DNA of 63,847 nt, counting the filler, from Folioceros fuciformis (Eukaryota): NCBI GenBank assembly GCA_049999805.1. It is 3 parts of 2 records of this genome, joined end to end, with 100 filler letters (N's around TTAATTAATTAA, not from the genome) between each part and the next. Parts side by side here need not be neighbours in the genome. Positions count along the whole stretch, not along the records: positions 1 to 29,156 come from JBNGIO010006249.1; 2 more parts are not named here. One strand, 5' to 3'. Shown here piece by piece: positions 1 through 13,100 of the stretch (position 1 is its first letter; the number at the start of each line of letters is the position of its first letter). The notes beneath the pieces are model-generated. The model ran no database searches. It was not told the origin of the DNA and saw only the letters and a list, made by a program, of their open reading frames with translations. A program made the position numbers and the translations under genes.

Positions 1-102
1 ACCCTAGGGTGAAAGAGGGTGAAAACTGACACTAAAGAGCACGGAGTTAGACCTAGGTAGAAAGGGGATGAGTTGGAAACCGGGTGAAACAAGATTCACT
101 CA

Positions 103-595
103 CCATACGGCAGCTTGCCTAACCTAAGTTGCACGGTGGGACCGCTCCGGTAGGTGGCTTTGTGCCGAGGGCAGCGGCGGGAGTAGGTTACGGGAGGCAG
201 GGGGATGGTCATGCCAGGCTTGGCTTCGCCGAGGCTCTAACCTGTTGCGCCCGCACCTGCCATGGTGCCAGCCACGGATCCATGGCAATGGCGTCTTGCT
301 CGTCCGCCTCTCTCTGCTTGTCGTTCAAATTTTCAAACGCTCCCGCCTTCGCAGTGGCGATCTGATCCAACACAGCGGGCTGGCTGGATGTGAGGCCGGG
401 TTGATCCCAGCGCTCTCCCGTCATCGCCGCATTTCTGTGCTCGTCGCGCTCTGCAGGACTCTGATTTGCAGTCTTTCCGAGGTCCGGCTCGAGTCGGATT
501 CGACGGGAGCGATTCGCATTCCAGGCGGGAGCAGGAGGAGCCAGGAGGAGAGGGGAAGAGCTTCCGGAAAGGCCCCGATCTTCACAGCTTTGCAT
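103..595 (-). CDS. possible 5' exons of an unidentified gene running off the left edge
   Basis: ATG-initiated hydrophilic ORF (595 to about 257) ending at a CAG|GTGCGG donor-like site. A possible micro-exon VRQAAVW ends at a TG|GTGAGT donor near 103. It is divergent from the next gene, and no homology was recognised. Confidence 0.3.
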
Positions 596-794
596 ATGGG
601 GTGTAGGCGCCGGGCTGGAGTTAGGGAAGTGGCATGCTTCGTGGCGATCGTGTGTCTTGTGCAGAGGGATACTTCGGCGGTGCAGTTAGCTCTGTTGTGC
701 GCACCTAGGGCCATAGATCAGACTTAGGGATTAGGGTTGGAAGGCAGGCGTCGTGGATTATTCGGGCTTCCGGCTAGGAGGCCAGGGTCCCGGG

Positions 795-3518
795 ATGGCG
801 GGACGCCATGTCCCGCAAGTGAGCCACTATAATTTAAATGCTCAGAACACGGGCGGTGCGTATGTCACTAGCGCATTGCACGACCTCAACACCGTGGACA
901 ACAGGAACGGGGACATCGAGGGGCTCGGGGAGGCGGACGGGGATGGTGCGGGGGCGGACAGTTTGGACAATGAGGAGGAGGAGTCCAATTCAGGGGTGAG
1001 TGAGTGCGTTTTCTTTGGCTTGGCTATGGGTGGAGTGGGATGTCTCAAGGCCAGGTCTCGTCTCACCGTGGTGCTCATTCTTGGGACTGGCAGGACGATG
1101 GTGTCCCTGGTCCGTTTGGGAATTCCATGGCTTTGCAAGCTATTGGGCCTGACCCTAGTCACCTTCATCTTCAGAGCCACGAGCCGGCTCGTGCACCATA
1201 TGGCTCCATATCTTTGAGTGGTAGGTTCGGCTCGTCCTGGTCTGCTGATTGTTGTGCCAAGTTAGCTCTAGCCATGCCATGTGCATCTTGTTTCATACTG
1301 TACGGATGTGGGTGGTGCCGCTGTCTCCTTGACATTTGCTGGCGCCCCGCATTCTTGCCTCATGCTTCCCTTGCTCTCCGTACCGTCTCCTTTTCCAGAA
1401 AGGCACCCCGTGTGGAGAGTTTATGGGTAACTGTTGCTTCTGGGAACAGATGTGAATCCTATGGAGACAGCTAAAGCTCGGTTTTTGAATCTGCTCATCG
1501 AACATTTTATCACGCAGCACATTGTGCCTGCCATGGATTCTCCTGAAATGTTGTACAATAATAGCAACTCCAAAGAGAAGTCTAGGAAACGGAAGCCAAG
1601 AGATAATCAGTGGGAAGGAGACCCAAATTATCTGCTACCTTTGACATTCGTTGCAAATTTGTATGAGACCCTTATAGCAGAAATCAACCAGCGGTTGGCC
1701 ACTGTTGATCACATTCCCGAGAAGACAATGATGGTTGCACTTGAAGCTGCTGGAGGGCTTTACAGGAGGTTGATCAGGCAATATCCAAAATCAGGTATTG
1801 CATGGTGTGCTCAGCAGTGTAGCACATGTTCATTTCCTCAGCAACTCCCTGCAACTTCTTCCCTTACCTTCATGTCTATGCCATCTGCTGTCCCATTGCA
1901 TGAGCGACATCCATCTTTCTAAAGGTTCCAGTTTGGCAGGGGCTTCTACAACTTTCAAAAGGCGAGAGATGGCATCCGCTTTGGAGGCGCGTAACAAGTT
2001 TCCTCATCTCGTTACAGGAGAAGAGAAGCGTGTCCGGTTTGTTGTTGTACATGGATTGGAGCTGGTTGAGCGCCCTGACACGCTCTCCCCTGAAGATGCC
2101 GAGTGGTACAGCTTGAGTGATTCTCCTCTGAAAGAACCACGTTTGGCCTCTGGAGTGCATGACAATGACTGTTTCTGAACCCCCCCTCAGGTTTAAGCGG
2201 CTTACTGGAAGGCATGAGGCAGCCATAGAACGAAAAGATTATGACTTCTTCGCTGCCCGAGTGAAACATCGGCGGTCTTTGGTGGGCTCGTTGGGATCTA
2301 TCCCTTCTTTACCTCCGGTAATGGCCTGACCTAAGTGTAACTCCATTGGTATCATATTGATCTCTGTTGGACGTTTGGTATACGCCTGAATTTATGGTTT
2401 AGGTAGGGGCAATGGTGACTTTTGCGGGACTGGGGAAGCTCACTCATAGAACATGGTGAGGTCGGCGCTCTGGCTAACATTGTGTTCGCTGGGCATTTGT
2501 GCAGCCTTTTGGGGGCAGTGAAAGTTTGCAAGGTCTACCTCCAGCGGGTCATGGACATCTCCGGCCTCCGGTGCGTTGCATTCTAGTGTGAGACATAATT
2601 GCCGTCAGATGTGGGCAGTGAGGGAATGGCATTCCTCCGTCCCACGTAGAGGCTATGCCTTTGGATCGATTAAATTTGTGTACATGTTGGCAACCTGTGA
2701 TATATGATTTCTGAAAGGGTGTCGACTTTCTGCTTCTTTTTTTTCTCTGACGGACAGCATTTCACAACTGGAGAGTCTGCAAGTGTGCCAGCCCGATCAC
2801 CGGTATGTTGCAGGCAATATTTTTCTGTGGACTCTGTTTCGCAGGCAGAGGCATCCTGTATCTCATGCATTTTTTATCGTCTGATTACGTTTGTGGCTGT
2901 GAATTTCAGCAGTTTGGTATGGTGGAGACTTCATGCGCTGAAGGCCAATCTCCGGTTTGTTACTTGCTCCTCCGGAAAGATGGAAACTTTTTAGTTGAAC
3001 ACTGTGCTGCTCAGCTCACAGCAGCACTCTGCAGGTGGTTCTGGACTGTTGTCCCTGACTCCTTGCACTGATGTGGACTTCTCGCTTGTTCAACAGACGA
3101 GGCATGCACCTGGTGTGCAACACACTCCACCTCCACATCCGGGACTCGTACCGATTGCTCCACGACCTCAAAGTACTCAAATTCATGCCCCGCACTCACA
3201 CGTTTCGAATCATGGGATGCACTTATCACATCTACAACATGGAGCAGGACCTCACGCCCAAACCTCTCAGAAGAGGGAGAACCGTGCTCTCGCCCTCGCT
3301 AATCTGGTTCGTTTCCTTATGTTTCTTTCAGCTTTGTGAGCTTGAGTACTCTCTTTTACTGCTCATGCTGACGGGGACTGTCAATGCAGACACCTGGGCC
3401 AGCAAAGTATTGTGACGAGTGCGGCGCACAGTACCTTCGAGATGCCTCAAAATTCTGCTCCGAATGCGGAACCAAGCGTCTTGGAATATGTACAGTTTCC
3501 TCCAACCAGACAGTTTGA
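795..3518 (+). CDS. uncharacterised plant protein of the At2g02148 family with a C-terminal double-CxxC zinc ribbon (multi-exon)
   Basis: Spliced segments read MAGRHVPQVSHYNL..., ARFLNLLIEHFI...GDPNYLLPLTFVANLYETL...ALEAAGGLYRRL, FKRREMASALEARNKFPHLVTGEEKRVRFVVVHGLELVERP...WFKRLTGRHE and AKYCDECGAQYLRDASKFCSECGTKRLGI. These match recalled family motifs and are bounded by GT-AG introns. Confidence 0.85.
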
Positions 3519-5384
3519 TCAAACTTGTGCAGATAGATACCATCAGTGAAGCAGGTGCATGCCCCTTTACATCCACCCTGATGCGCTTTGCATTTCCTTG
3601 CAAGTAGGAACGGGCGTGCTTGGGGAAGGAGACTGCGGAGATGGTCTCTCACCGGTTGCGTCCGTGCTCGTCCTCTTTGTAACTTGTAACAAAGTTTTGT
3701 GCAGGCATGGAAGTCCATGCAAACCATAGAAAATCTGGTACCAGATTTATGAGATGCAGCGCTGCCCTGCCAGCCTGAGCTTTTAGTTTGAAGAAGTCTA
3801 CGAAGCAGAAAATCACTGTCCTAGGTTGTACTAGTTGGCTGAATCTTTAACACGTAGGAGCACTGTACTGATGTAGATCCTGGTGTTTGCTAATTGTAGC
3901 CGTAGGTGATTTGTGGACCGTGATCATGATTGATCAGCGATCAAGTCCTCAGGTGCTGCCACCTGTTTTCTGTTACTGCTCTGGGTAGATCAGATTGTCC
4001 TTGCACGCTACCCTGACGTTCTGTAACAAATCCAACACTCAGCTTTGATGTGTCCAAGCATGAAAAAGTGGGCGTACTCCGCATGCTGAGTCCAGGCTCC
4101 CTCCAGACTCCCTTGTGCCTTTCCTCCTGCCCTGCCCGGTCCTCTTCGCGCAAAATAGGCAGCAGTTATCAGTCAATTAATTAGCAGTATTGATGAACGT
4201 TGTCTTGTATGGCGCTTGTGAAGCCTGGCATGTTGTCCCTGAACAGTCATTCTTTTCTCAGAAGTGATAACATGAAAAATAAATCTTAGCACAATTGACC
4301 TACCACCGGCGCCGGAGGACTAAACATGGATGCGCTAGAAGTAATACAAAAACCTTTGCATGCGAAGAACTCTCTTCAAAGGATGCTCTTATTGAAGCCC
4401 CAGGTGTGGGTGTTCTTATGGACCATAACTTGATGACTCCGTCGTGTGAACATGAAATGAGAAACTGAGTCTACATGGCTACACCAGTATCGTGTGCCTC
4501 AAATTCTCAAATTCTCCTTGAAGTACATTGCAATCCTCATCCCACACCTAGAGATGGTGATCAAATGATGCCGAGTAGAGCGTGTTGTGTCTTGTCACAA
4601 GTTTGGTGATCTGACTTCTATTGAACATGTAACTCGGTGCTTGTTGAAAGAAGTTCGTTATTTCATCTTACCTCTAGCTTAGAATCATCGCCATCGAGGG
4701 GTTGTTAGTGCAAGCAAATACCCTTACTAGGTTTTCCAATATTGCCATTGATACGAAGGAGTGGGGGCTATTTGCATGCCTCGAGTGGGGGCTATTTGCA
4801 TGCCTCGTCGTATCTTGGTAGTCTAGATATAGTGCTTCAGTTTTTGCTTTGTCACATGCTTGCACATAGAGGTCGCCATGCTCACAAGAATAATTAGGTA
4901 ATTTGGTAGAATGAATGAAATTGTCAGAATCAACTAGTACCATGGTTCTATAGAACATACATTAACCAATGCATGTCTCATCAAAATATTTTCATTGGAC
5001 AACACAGTACCTGGATGTTATGGCTTTCCATTATAAATAACCATGTACTTACACTTGTCAAGACACTTGTCAAAAGTAATTACACTTGTCAAGACACTTG
5101 TCATATAGAAGATGACCTAATAGAGAAGTAAGCACATCCTAGCAACTATAGCCCCCATTCAGTAAAAATACATACCAGGCCTTCTTTGTAGCTTTGGCAG
5201 GTAAGGCAATAAGTGAAGACTCAATTTCTTACATCATTGGTATATTCTTCTACAAACCATACATCTCTCAACACTTCTCAATAAACTTGTCAAATAGATC
5301 TGAAGACGACTTGTTAGAAAAGTAAGTACAACCTAGCATCCACAACCTAGCCTTAATTCACTCGTCTAGCCTCCGCCCTAGAAC

Positions 5385-6325
5385 ATAAGACCATAAGCAG
5401 AGAGGTTTCTGGCTAAGGCCATAAGCAGAGAGAGGTTTCTAGCTAAGACCATAAGACCGGGCGTATTCCACAAAGCCCGTTTTGCACTCTTTGAATTTGG
5501 TTTGATCCACACTCCATATCCACATTTTATCTTTTTTCCTAAACAAGAAGGCTTATATTACAAAAACTATTTAGTCCTTGCAACTATTGAATATGGTGTG
5601 CTGATCTACCGGCACATGACCTATTCAAATAACACCATGTTCATGTTTAGGACGATAGGTTCACACAAAAACATGGTCACACAAAAGCGGAATCCACTCA
5701 GTCTGGTAACCTCTAAGCAGCTAAGACCAAAAGTAAAGAGAGGTTTCTAGCTAAGACCATAAGCAAAGAGGTTCTTATAGTTAAGACCATAAGCAAGAGA
5801 GAGGTTTCTAGCTAAGACTATAAACAGACAGGAGGTTCTTACAGCTAAGACTATATAAAAAAGGGGTTATTACAGTTAAGACCATAAGGATAGAGGTTTC
5901 TTGCAGCTAAGACCATAAGCAAGGAGGTTCTTGTAACTAAGACCATAAGCAAGAGAGAGGTTTCTAGCTAAGACTATAAACAGACATGTTCTTACAGCTA
6001 AGACCATAAGCAAAGAGGTTATTACAGTTAAGACCATAAGGATAGAGGTTTCTTGCAGCTAAGACCATAAGCAAAGAGGTTCTTACAGTTAAGACCATAA
6101 GCATAGAGGTTTCTTGCAGCTAAGACCACAAGCAACGAGGTTCTTGCGACTAAGACCATAAGCATAGAGGTTTCTTGTAGCTAAGACCATAAGCAAAGAG
6201 GTTTCCAACTAAGACCATAAGCAGGGAGAGGTTTCTAGCTAAGACCATAAGTAAAGAGGTTCTTACAGCTAATACCATGAGCATAGAGGTTTCTTGTAGC
6301 TAAGACCATAAGCAAAGAGGTTTTC
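5385..6325. repeat. ~30-bp minisatellite (consensus about GCTAAGACCATAAGCAAAGAGGTTTCTTGCA)
   Basis: About 20 contiguous 29-32 bp copies at 5720-6325, plus about 3 copies at 5385-5455. Confidence 0.95.
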
Positions 6326-7840
6326 AGCACATTTTGTTCATTCTCTTTATACAAACAACAAACTCTAAGTCTTCATATGGATTTTCACATTCTTTTCCCT
6401 TCATTACAAACTCTAAACCAAATGTCTGAAGCTACACATATATCTAGACATATGAAACCCCAATAATGCAAACTAGAAGAGTGGTAACCCAATCATTATT
6501 GAACTTATGTACATAACTACAATTCTTGACATCATTCTAAAGAATTCCAAGCACTTGGTTCACCAAGTGAGTTAACGTGCTTAAAAAATTGTGCGATGAT
6601 ATCTATAATTAAAGGAATTTAAGTCTTAGTTTGTTATCTTTGTAAGCCATCTCTTTAACACAAATATCTAAATAACATTTATTTTAGAAGAATATAGTAT
6701 GATATGAAATAATTTAAGTTGTTGGAAACTGTAAAAATATATATTACATAAACTTCAAAAATTATGTTTACATAATATTAGATAAGCCCTCCCTACAAAA
6801 GTGAAGTCATTCTACATGTGGTTCTATTGGAACAAGGTGATCAATAAAAAATACTTGTAAGTTTCTAACGTACATGATATATTATTACCTAATGTGTACT
6901 CACACTTTTTCTCTAGCTAATGTTTACTCACACTCTTTCTCCTTAAGTACCTTTCCTTATCATTATAAACTTCATCCATTGACATGCAACATTAAAATCT
7001 CAATAGTCTAACCCACTAATTTTTCTTACAAGCAAAATTTTAAGAAATAAAATGTAGAGTAAGGAGGTAAAGTGTTAGCTAGAATCGAAACACTTAACTG
7101 CCACTATGCATCGATAAAATAAAATAGTAACTATAATTTTCTTAGGTTATATAAAGTAAATTAAATAATAAAAGTTTTATAACATTTATTCTCTAAGTGA
7201 AAGTGAAAAGTAACTTTATAAAGTGAAACATAAAGAATAATTAATATTCATTATTCATATATATTTCTAAAATAATAAAATATACAAACTCATCATTCTC
7301 ACTCTCTCACAATAGGACCATTTCTACTTTGTCAAATGGTACAAAAGTATGCATATAATTAGGGTTTAAAGACAACTTGTAACCTATAATTAATTTTTCA
7401 TGACAACTTAAGAGTTCAAAGCTTAATTGGATGACTAACAAGAAAGAGACATCACTTAGATCAAGTCACTTAATTGCCTTCTAAAAATTGGTCACAATCC
7501 TTTCTTTCTCTGAGGAGGTCACTTGATTGGATATGAAAACATTTCATTACCCTCTCTCTAAGAAGCAAGCTGCTTGAGTTTCCAAAACATGTTATGCATT
7601 ATACGAAGGTGTGCTAAAACCAAGTTGGGAACTCTAATTGTGACAATAAAATTCAAACCTATGCCCTCGTTTACATCATTATTCAAATATAGAAATATTA
7701 TATGTGCTATAAGGAGAACAACATACAACTGAATCGTGTAGATTTTATCCTTTTGAAGGGTTGAGGTGAATCCATGATTTATGGCTAATGGGAGGATTAT
7801 TGCTCATATCTTCTAATTTAAAAGACTCACATCCACATAA

Positions 7841-9616
7841 TTATGCACTAGTAGCTACATTCTTTATCGGTACATCGTTGCATGGTGTGTGGGAAATGGG
7901 CAACTTGTTTTTTTTTTCCCTTCGATGTGAATGCATTTTTGGTGGATTGACTAAAGGCTTAGAGGCTCCATTGTCAAGATCACTTTCATTGTGATCCTCC
8001 TCTTCCTTGTCACTAGCATTAGTATCAGTCATATCATAACTCTCACTTGAAGAGCCTGAGTCACTTTCTGATGAGGATTGATCATCGTACTTTATGACTA
8101 CAAGTACATCATTTAATCCTACTTGGGAGGTAGACCCATCTGTCCATGCAACTTCAAAATCCCCACTATCCGATAGTTGCCCAATGATAAAACCAAACCA
8201 TGCTATTGTAGATTGCAAATTAAGACCATCACAAGTCATAGGCAATCTAACCACAACATCTTTGATGTTGTAATCGTATTGTGTATGTTTGTGAAGCTTA
8301 GACACACTTACAACTTGTTCTTTGAAATTCACATCTCTATTGGGAGGACATCCCAACCACCTTATAGTTGCAGTGCCTTGCTTTGCATCTACTCGTTGTA
8401 TGATGCCAACTTGGTCATGCTCCATTCTGTTGGAATCTTCTTCCTTATTCACATTTCGAAGAGTTACACATTGCCTTGGCCAAAAATTATGCTCTTCATT
8501 AAGCATATTAACGTGAATGAGTTGGCAAGAGTTCACAAGCTTGCTTGTTGTTCCATCTTGCCAAAGCACATCAACTGTAGTTTTGATGCCTACAACTTTA
8601 TGACAACCTTGAACAACATCACCCTTCTCTTCACATTTTTGGCGTTTGGGTTGAGATTCTAAAGTAGGGCGTCGACCTTTAGATTTTTGCTTCTTGTTTT
8701 CACATACGTCATTACTACCCTCAAAGCTAGAGCCTTCAACAACCCATGCTTCATTGTAATTTTTCATGCTACCATCCAACAAACATCGGTCACCTAGCTC
8801 CCAATCCGCATAAGCAAATTGGTTCATCACAATCAAATCTTTAGGCTTCTGTTGCCTCTTGGGCTTCCTCCAAATCCCAGATACATTGGCATAAGTAGCA
8901 ATCCATTCAACAACAACCATATTAGTATCAATTCGTGAAACGGTCCCACGTTTTCTTCCCTTATTGTACCTTCCAACTAACCATTTTGCCTTTCCTAAAG
9001 TTTTTGCATGACTTGCTACAACTTTTTGGCCAACAAACAATGGCATACCTTCCTCATTCTTATTTTGACATGTGAGGCGATTAGGGTTTGTTAGCTTTAT
9101 CTCACACTTGGCTCCATCATTAAACACCAATGTCACAAGCTCAACGACGGAGTGCACTTTTCCCACCCATCTAGCACCAATAACAAAGTCACCCACTTGA
9201 AATGAGGTCATCGTTCTTAATCCTTTAGTATCTACGTCCTCCATAAGTACACCACTTGCAAGTTCCAGGTCCACTTTGATCATAACGTTTATCACAATAC
9301 CCATTTGTCCTAATGGGTCCAGGGCACGTGCTACTACATCGTTATGTCTTAGATTTCTATCCACAATTTGGAGATGGTTTGGATCGATATTGGTCTCCCT
9401 TAAGTCCATCCACAAAACCCTTGTTTGCTTGCTAGTTTCTTCCTCTGGCTCCTTACCACTATCAGATTCGGAGTTCGAACCTGGATCTCCAAATGTTCTT
9501 TGAACAATACCTAACCGAGAAGGATTAGATTTTATGCAAACCACATCATCACGAAACACTTGATGAGTTCTACAGCCCATTTCCATTTTCTCTTTCCTTT
9601 CCCCTTCTCCTACCAT
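7841..9616 (-). CDS. UBC23/UBE2O-like protein, N-terminal SH3-like region only, no UBC catalytic domain; intronless
   Basis: Motifs DRNLRHNDVVARALDPLGQMGIVINV, FQVGDFVIGARWVGKV, FAYADWELGDRCLL, KTTVDVLWQDGT, VGIIQRVDAKQGTATIRWL, YDYNIKDVVVRL and FEVAWTDGSTSQVG parallel the UBC23/PHO2 N-terminal region. The ORF ends in an acidic Ser tail. ATG at 9616 (the ORF track starts at an upstream TTG). Confidence 0.75.
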   Translation of the reverse strand: MVGEGERKEKMEMGCRTHQVFRDDVVCIKSNPSRLGIVQRTFGDPGSNSESDSGKEPEEETSKQTRVLWMDLRETNIDPNHLQIVDRNLRHNDVVARALDPLGQMGIVINVMIKVDLELASGVLMEDVDTKGLRTMTSFQVGDFVIGARWVGKVHSVVELVTLVFNDGAKCEIKLTNPNRLTCQNKNEEGMPLFVGQKVVASHAKTLGKAKWLVGRYNKGRKRGTVSRIDTNMVVVEWIATYANVSGIWRKPKRQQKPKDLIVMNQFAYADWELGDRCLLDGSMKNYNEAWVVEGSSFEGSNDVCENKKQKSKGRRPTLESQPKRQKCEEKGDVVQGCHKVVGIKTTVDVLWQDGTTSKLVNSCQLIHVNMLNEEHNFWPRQCVTLRNVNKEEDSNRMEHDQVGIIQRVDAKQGTATIRWLGCPPNRDVNFKEQVVSVSKLHKHTQYDYNIKDVVVRLPMTCDGLNLQSTIAWFGFIIGQLSDSGDFEVAWTDGSTSQVGLNDVLVVIKYDDQSSSESDSGSSSESYDMTDTNASDKEEEDHNESDLDNGASKPLVNPPKMHSHRREKKNKLPISHTPCNDVPIKNVATSA

Positions 9617-9844
9617 CTTGATATGCTTTGTAGAACTTGCAAAAATTAACAATAGAGAACAACAAACCTCTAAACTAGCTCTTCCACCTAGAAGAACTAT
9701 CTCACTAAAATTTTAGATAAATATGGCCCAATTCAATTGTATCCACAATATTTAAATTGTGGTTAACCTACTTATCTTAAAACAAGGTTTGCAGGATTAT
9801 GGTATTTAAGTAGGTTGTTCACAGTATTGCAAAGGACAATTATT

Positions 9845-9960
9845 ATGAACAACCAGAAGACGCTTATTTTAAGAGTTTATATTTGAATAATCAAAGGACA
9901 CCTATTTTGAGATGTTTACATTTGAACAATCAAAGGACACTTAGTGTAAGAGTTCGTATG
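9845..9960. repeat. degenerate ~38-bp tandem repeat, about 3 copies (TTTGAAyAATCAAAGGACACyTA...)
   Basis: Directly visible repeated units upstream of the UBC23-like ORF. Confidence 0.7.
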
Positions 9961-10114
9961 CCTACGTCAAAGAACAAAATAGAATTCCAAAGGGCATAGA
10001 CTAGAGATAATAATAATTATTGAATAGAAATGGTGTTGCAAAATCCATAATCCTAAACCCTAAGCCCTAAACTGCGATTATTTTTTTTAAATTGAAATTA
10101 TATACATAAACATA

Positions 10115-13100
10115 TTACAGGATGCTGCTATTCTCCTGTTGGTGCTCTGGGTGGATCAGATTCTCCCGGCACGCTGAGCTGATCTTTCGAAGCATGTCAA
10201 AGACCTCCTGGTCCTGCGAATGCTTGCAATTTCCAACCATGAAAAAGCGGGCCTGCTGGCCATGCTCGATCCAGCTGAGGCCAGGCTCTTTGCAGGCACC
10301 TTCCTCCTTCATCCTTCTCTCCACCCTCTTTGCGCAATCCAGAAGGCCGGCATCGGCATAGATGTGTAGCATCAATTTGTATGCTGCAGCGTGCTTTGGC
10401 TGTAGTTGAATGGCAGAAGCAAAGGCCCGCTCTCCTAACGCAGTGTTGCCGTGCTTCCGACAGGCACCCAGCACGCACAACCACGTAGCCAGATTGGGCT
10501 GCATTGGCATCGACCACAACAAAGCTTCCAGCTGGGTGAAGTATCCTGCACGTCCGAAGAGGTCCAGCATGCTTACGTAATGCTCAAGCTCTGGACGGAT
10601 GCCATGGTCTCGATTCATTGCTTTGAAGTACTCCACTCCCTTGTCCACCAGGCCGGCGTGGCTACACGCAGCGAGGATTGATAGAAATGTAACTCCATCC
10701 GGATCGAATCCCTCGAGCTGCATTCTGTCGAAGCATTGCAAGGCTTCATGGACGAGTCCGTGCTGAGCATATGCAGCTATCATGGCATTCCAGGTCACCA
10801 CGTCTCTTGTGCCTAGGCTCATGAACGCGCCGTGTGCAGCATCTAAGCTTCCGCATTTAGCATACATGTCCACCAGGCAGCTCCCCACACCGGTGTCAGA
10901 TTCCAATCCCCTCTCCTGAATCTGGAGATGCAGTTGCTGTCCTTCATCTAGTGATGCAATGCTTGCACATGCCTTCAAGAGGCTCAGAAATGTGACATTG
11001 TCAGCACAAGCCATTCCTTCCTGCTTCATACCTGAATATAGGACAAGGGCCTTCTGCCCGAGCCTGTGCTTAGCGTACGCTGCCAGTATGGTGTTCCATG
11101 TCACGGTGTCTTTTGTTACCATATTGTCGAACACCTTGCTGGCCTCATCCAAGATCCCGCATTTTGCATACATATCCACTATGCAGTTGCCCACAGCTAC
11201 ATCAGATTCCAGACCCAGCTCCACGGCGTGGCTGTGCAGAATCTTGCCTTCACGTAGAGCTCCAATGCTGGCACAAGCTTTGAGGAGGCACACGAGAGTA
11301 ATGCGGTCGGCTGGAATGATGCCCTCTTCAGACATGCTCGTGTAAAGAGCAAGGGCTTCTCGCCCGTGACCCTGCTGGGCATATCCTGCAAGCATGACAT
11401 TCCAGGTTGCGCCGTCCTTTGCAGGCATCCTGTCGAACACTCGTCTTGCCTCACGTAAGCTCCCACATTTGGCATACATGTCAATCACGGAGTTGCAAAC
11501 CGTCACATCGGGTTCCAGTCCTGCTTCCTGTGCCGAAGTGTGGAGTTGCCTTCCCTGATCTAAGGCTCCAATTGTGGCACAAGCTTTGAGGAGGCAGACG
11601 AATGTTACGTCACCCGCTGGCGTTACGCCCTCCAGCTGCATCCTTGCGTAAAGAGCAAGGGCTTCCTTGCCCAGCCCATGCTGAGCATAGCCTGCCAGCA
11701 TGGCATTCCAAGTTCTTTCATCTCTCGTGGCCAACTTATCGAAGAGCCTGCGAGCGTCGTCCAGACTCCCACATTTCGCATACAGATCCACCAAGCAGTT
11801 GCCAATAACCACATCTGATTCCAGCCCTCTCTCTTTTACCTGTGCATGGAGCTGCTTTCCCTGGTCTAGGGCTCCAATGCTAGCACATGCTTTCAGGAGG
11901 CTCACAAAAGTCACAGGAGTAATGGCTACCTGCTGTTCCATGGTTGCGTACAAAGCAAGGGCCTCTTCTCCAAGTCCATGCTGAGCATATCCGGACAGCA
12001 TGGCATTCCATGTAACCACGTTCCTGCTGGACATGCTTTCAAACACACTGCGCGCATCAGCCAAACTCCCGCATTTTGCATACATGTCCACCAAGCAGTT
12101 GCTCACAATGACATCAGTTTCTAGGCCCCTTTCCTGGATGTGAGAATGAATCCGCTTGCCCTCATGCGATGCTCCAATGCTTGCACATGCTTTTAAGAGG
12201 CAGACAAATGTAACATGATTAGGTGAAGGTATCCCCTTTTGTTGCATGTTGGCATACAGAGACAGGGATTCTAGCGCAAACCCAAGGTGAGCATATCCGG
12301 CAATCATGGTATTCCATGTGACGACATCTTTCACAGCCAGCGTGTCAAACACCTGGCGGGCATCATCTAGTCTTCCACATTTTGCATACATGTCCACCAG
12401 ACAATTTCCAATGACCACGTCGTTTTCATGTCCTGTTTGCTGCGTATGCATATGGAGGTGCCTCCCATGATCTAATGCTCCCACAGACGCACAAGCCCGC
12501 AGGAGGATCACAAATGTGACCTCACCAGGGATGATGCCCGTCTGCAGCATACCGGAGTAAAGAGCCAGGGCTTCCTCATGGAGCTCTTCACGTGCATATC
12601 CTGAGAGCATGGCATTCCACGTAACTACATCTCTTTCGACCAGGTTGCTGAACAGCCTGCGGGCCTCCTCCAAGCTCCCGCACTTGACATACATGTCCAC
12701 CAGGCAGTTACCCACAAACAGGTCCGGCCCTACCACACTCTGCAAAACATCAGCATGAACTTGCCTGCCTGATTTCAGGTGTGCTGCAGCAGAGCACGCC
12801 TTCAGGACTGCAACGAATGTATGGTTGTCCGGCACCACTTCTGACTTTTGCAGCTGCCAGTACAGGTTAATGGCCTGAATAGGGTGTCCATGTTCAGCAT
12901 GGGCCGAAATGATGGAGGACCAAGAATAGGCATCTGGAGCAACCAGTCTGCTGAACACCTGTGAAGCTAATTGCAACCTCCCATGAGAGCTGTACATGCG
13001 GATGATGTGGTTACCGAAGTAAGTATGGGACTCATACCCACTTTTGACAAGAAGAGCGTGAATGCCCCTGCCCACAGCCAGACTCTTCTTTGCCACTCGC

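Larger units (their letters stand above)
4250..10114. other. AT-rich, CpG-poor repeat island (probable TE-derived or heterochromatic insertion)
   Basis: Composition shifts clearly from the GC-balanced genic flanks to A/T-rich sequence. It holds several tandem repeat arrays and one intronless ORF. No TIR, TSD or transposase was identified, and the left boundary is approximate. Confidence 0.55.

Noticed and set aside
5720-6325. CRISPR-like array of ~30-bp repeats
   Set aside because: Units are contiguous with no unique spacers, there are no cas genes, and the context is eukaryotic; it is a minisatellite.
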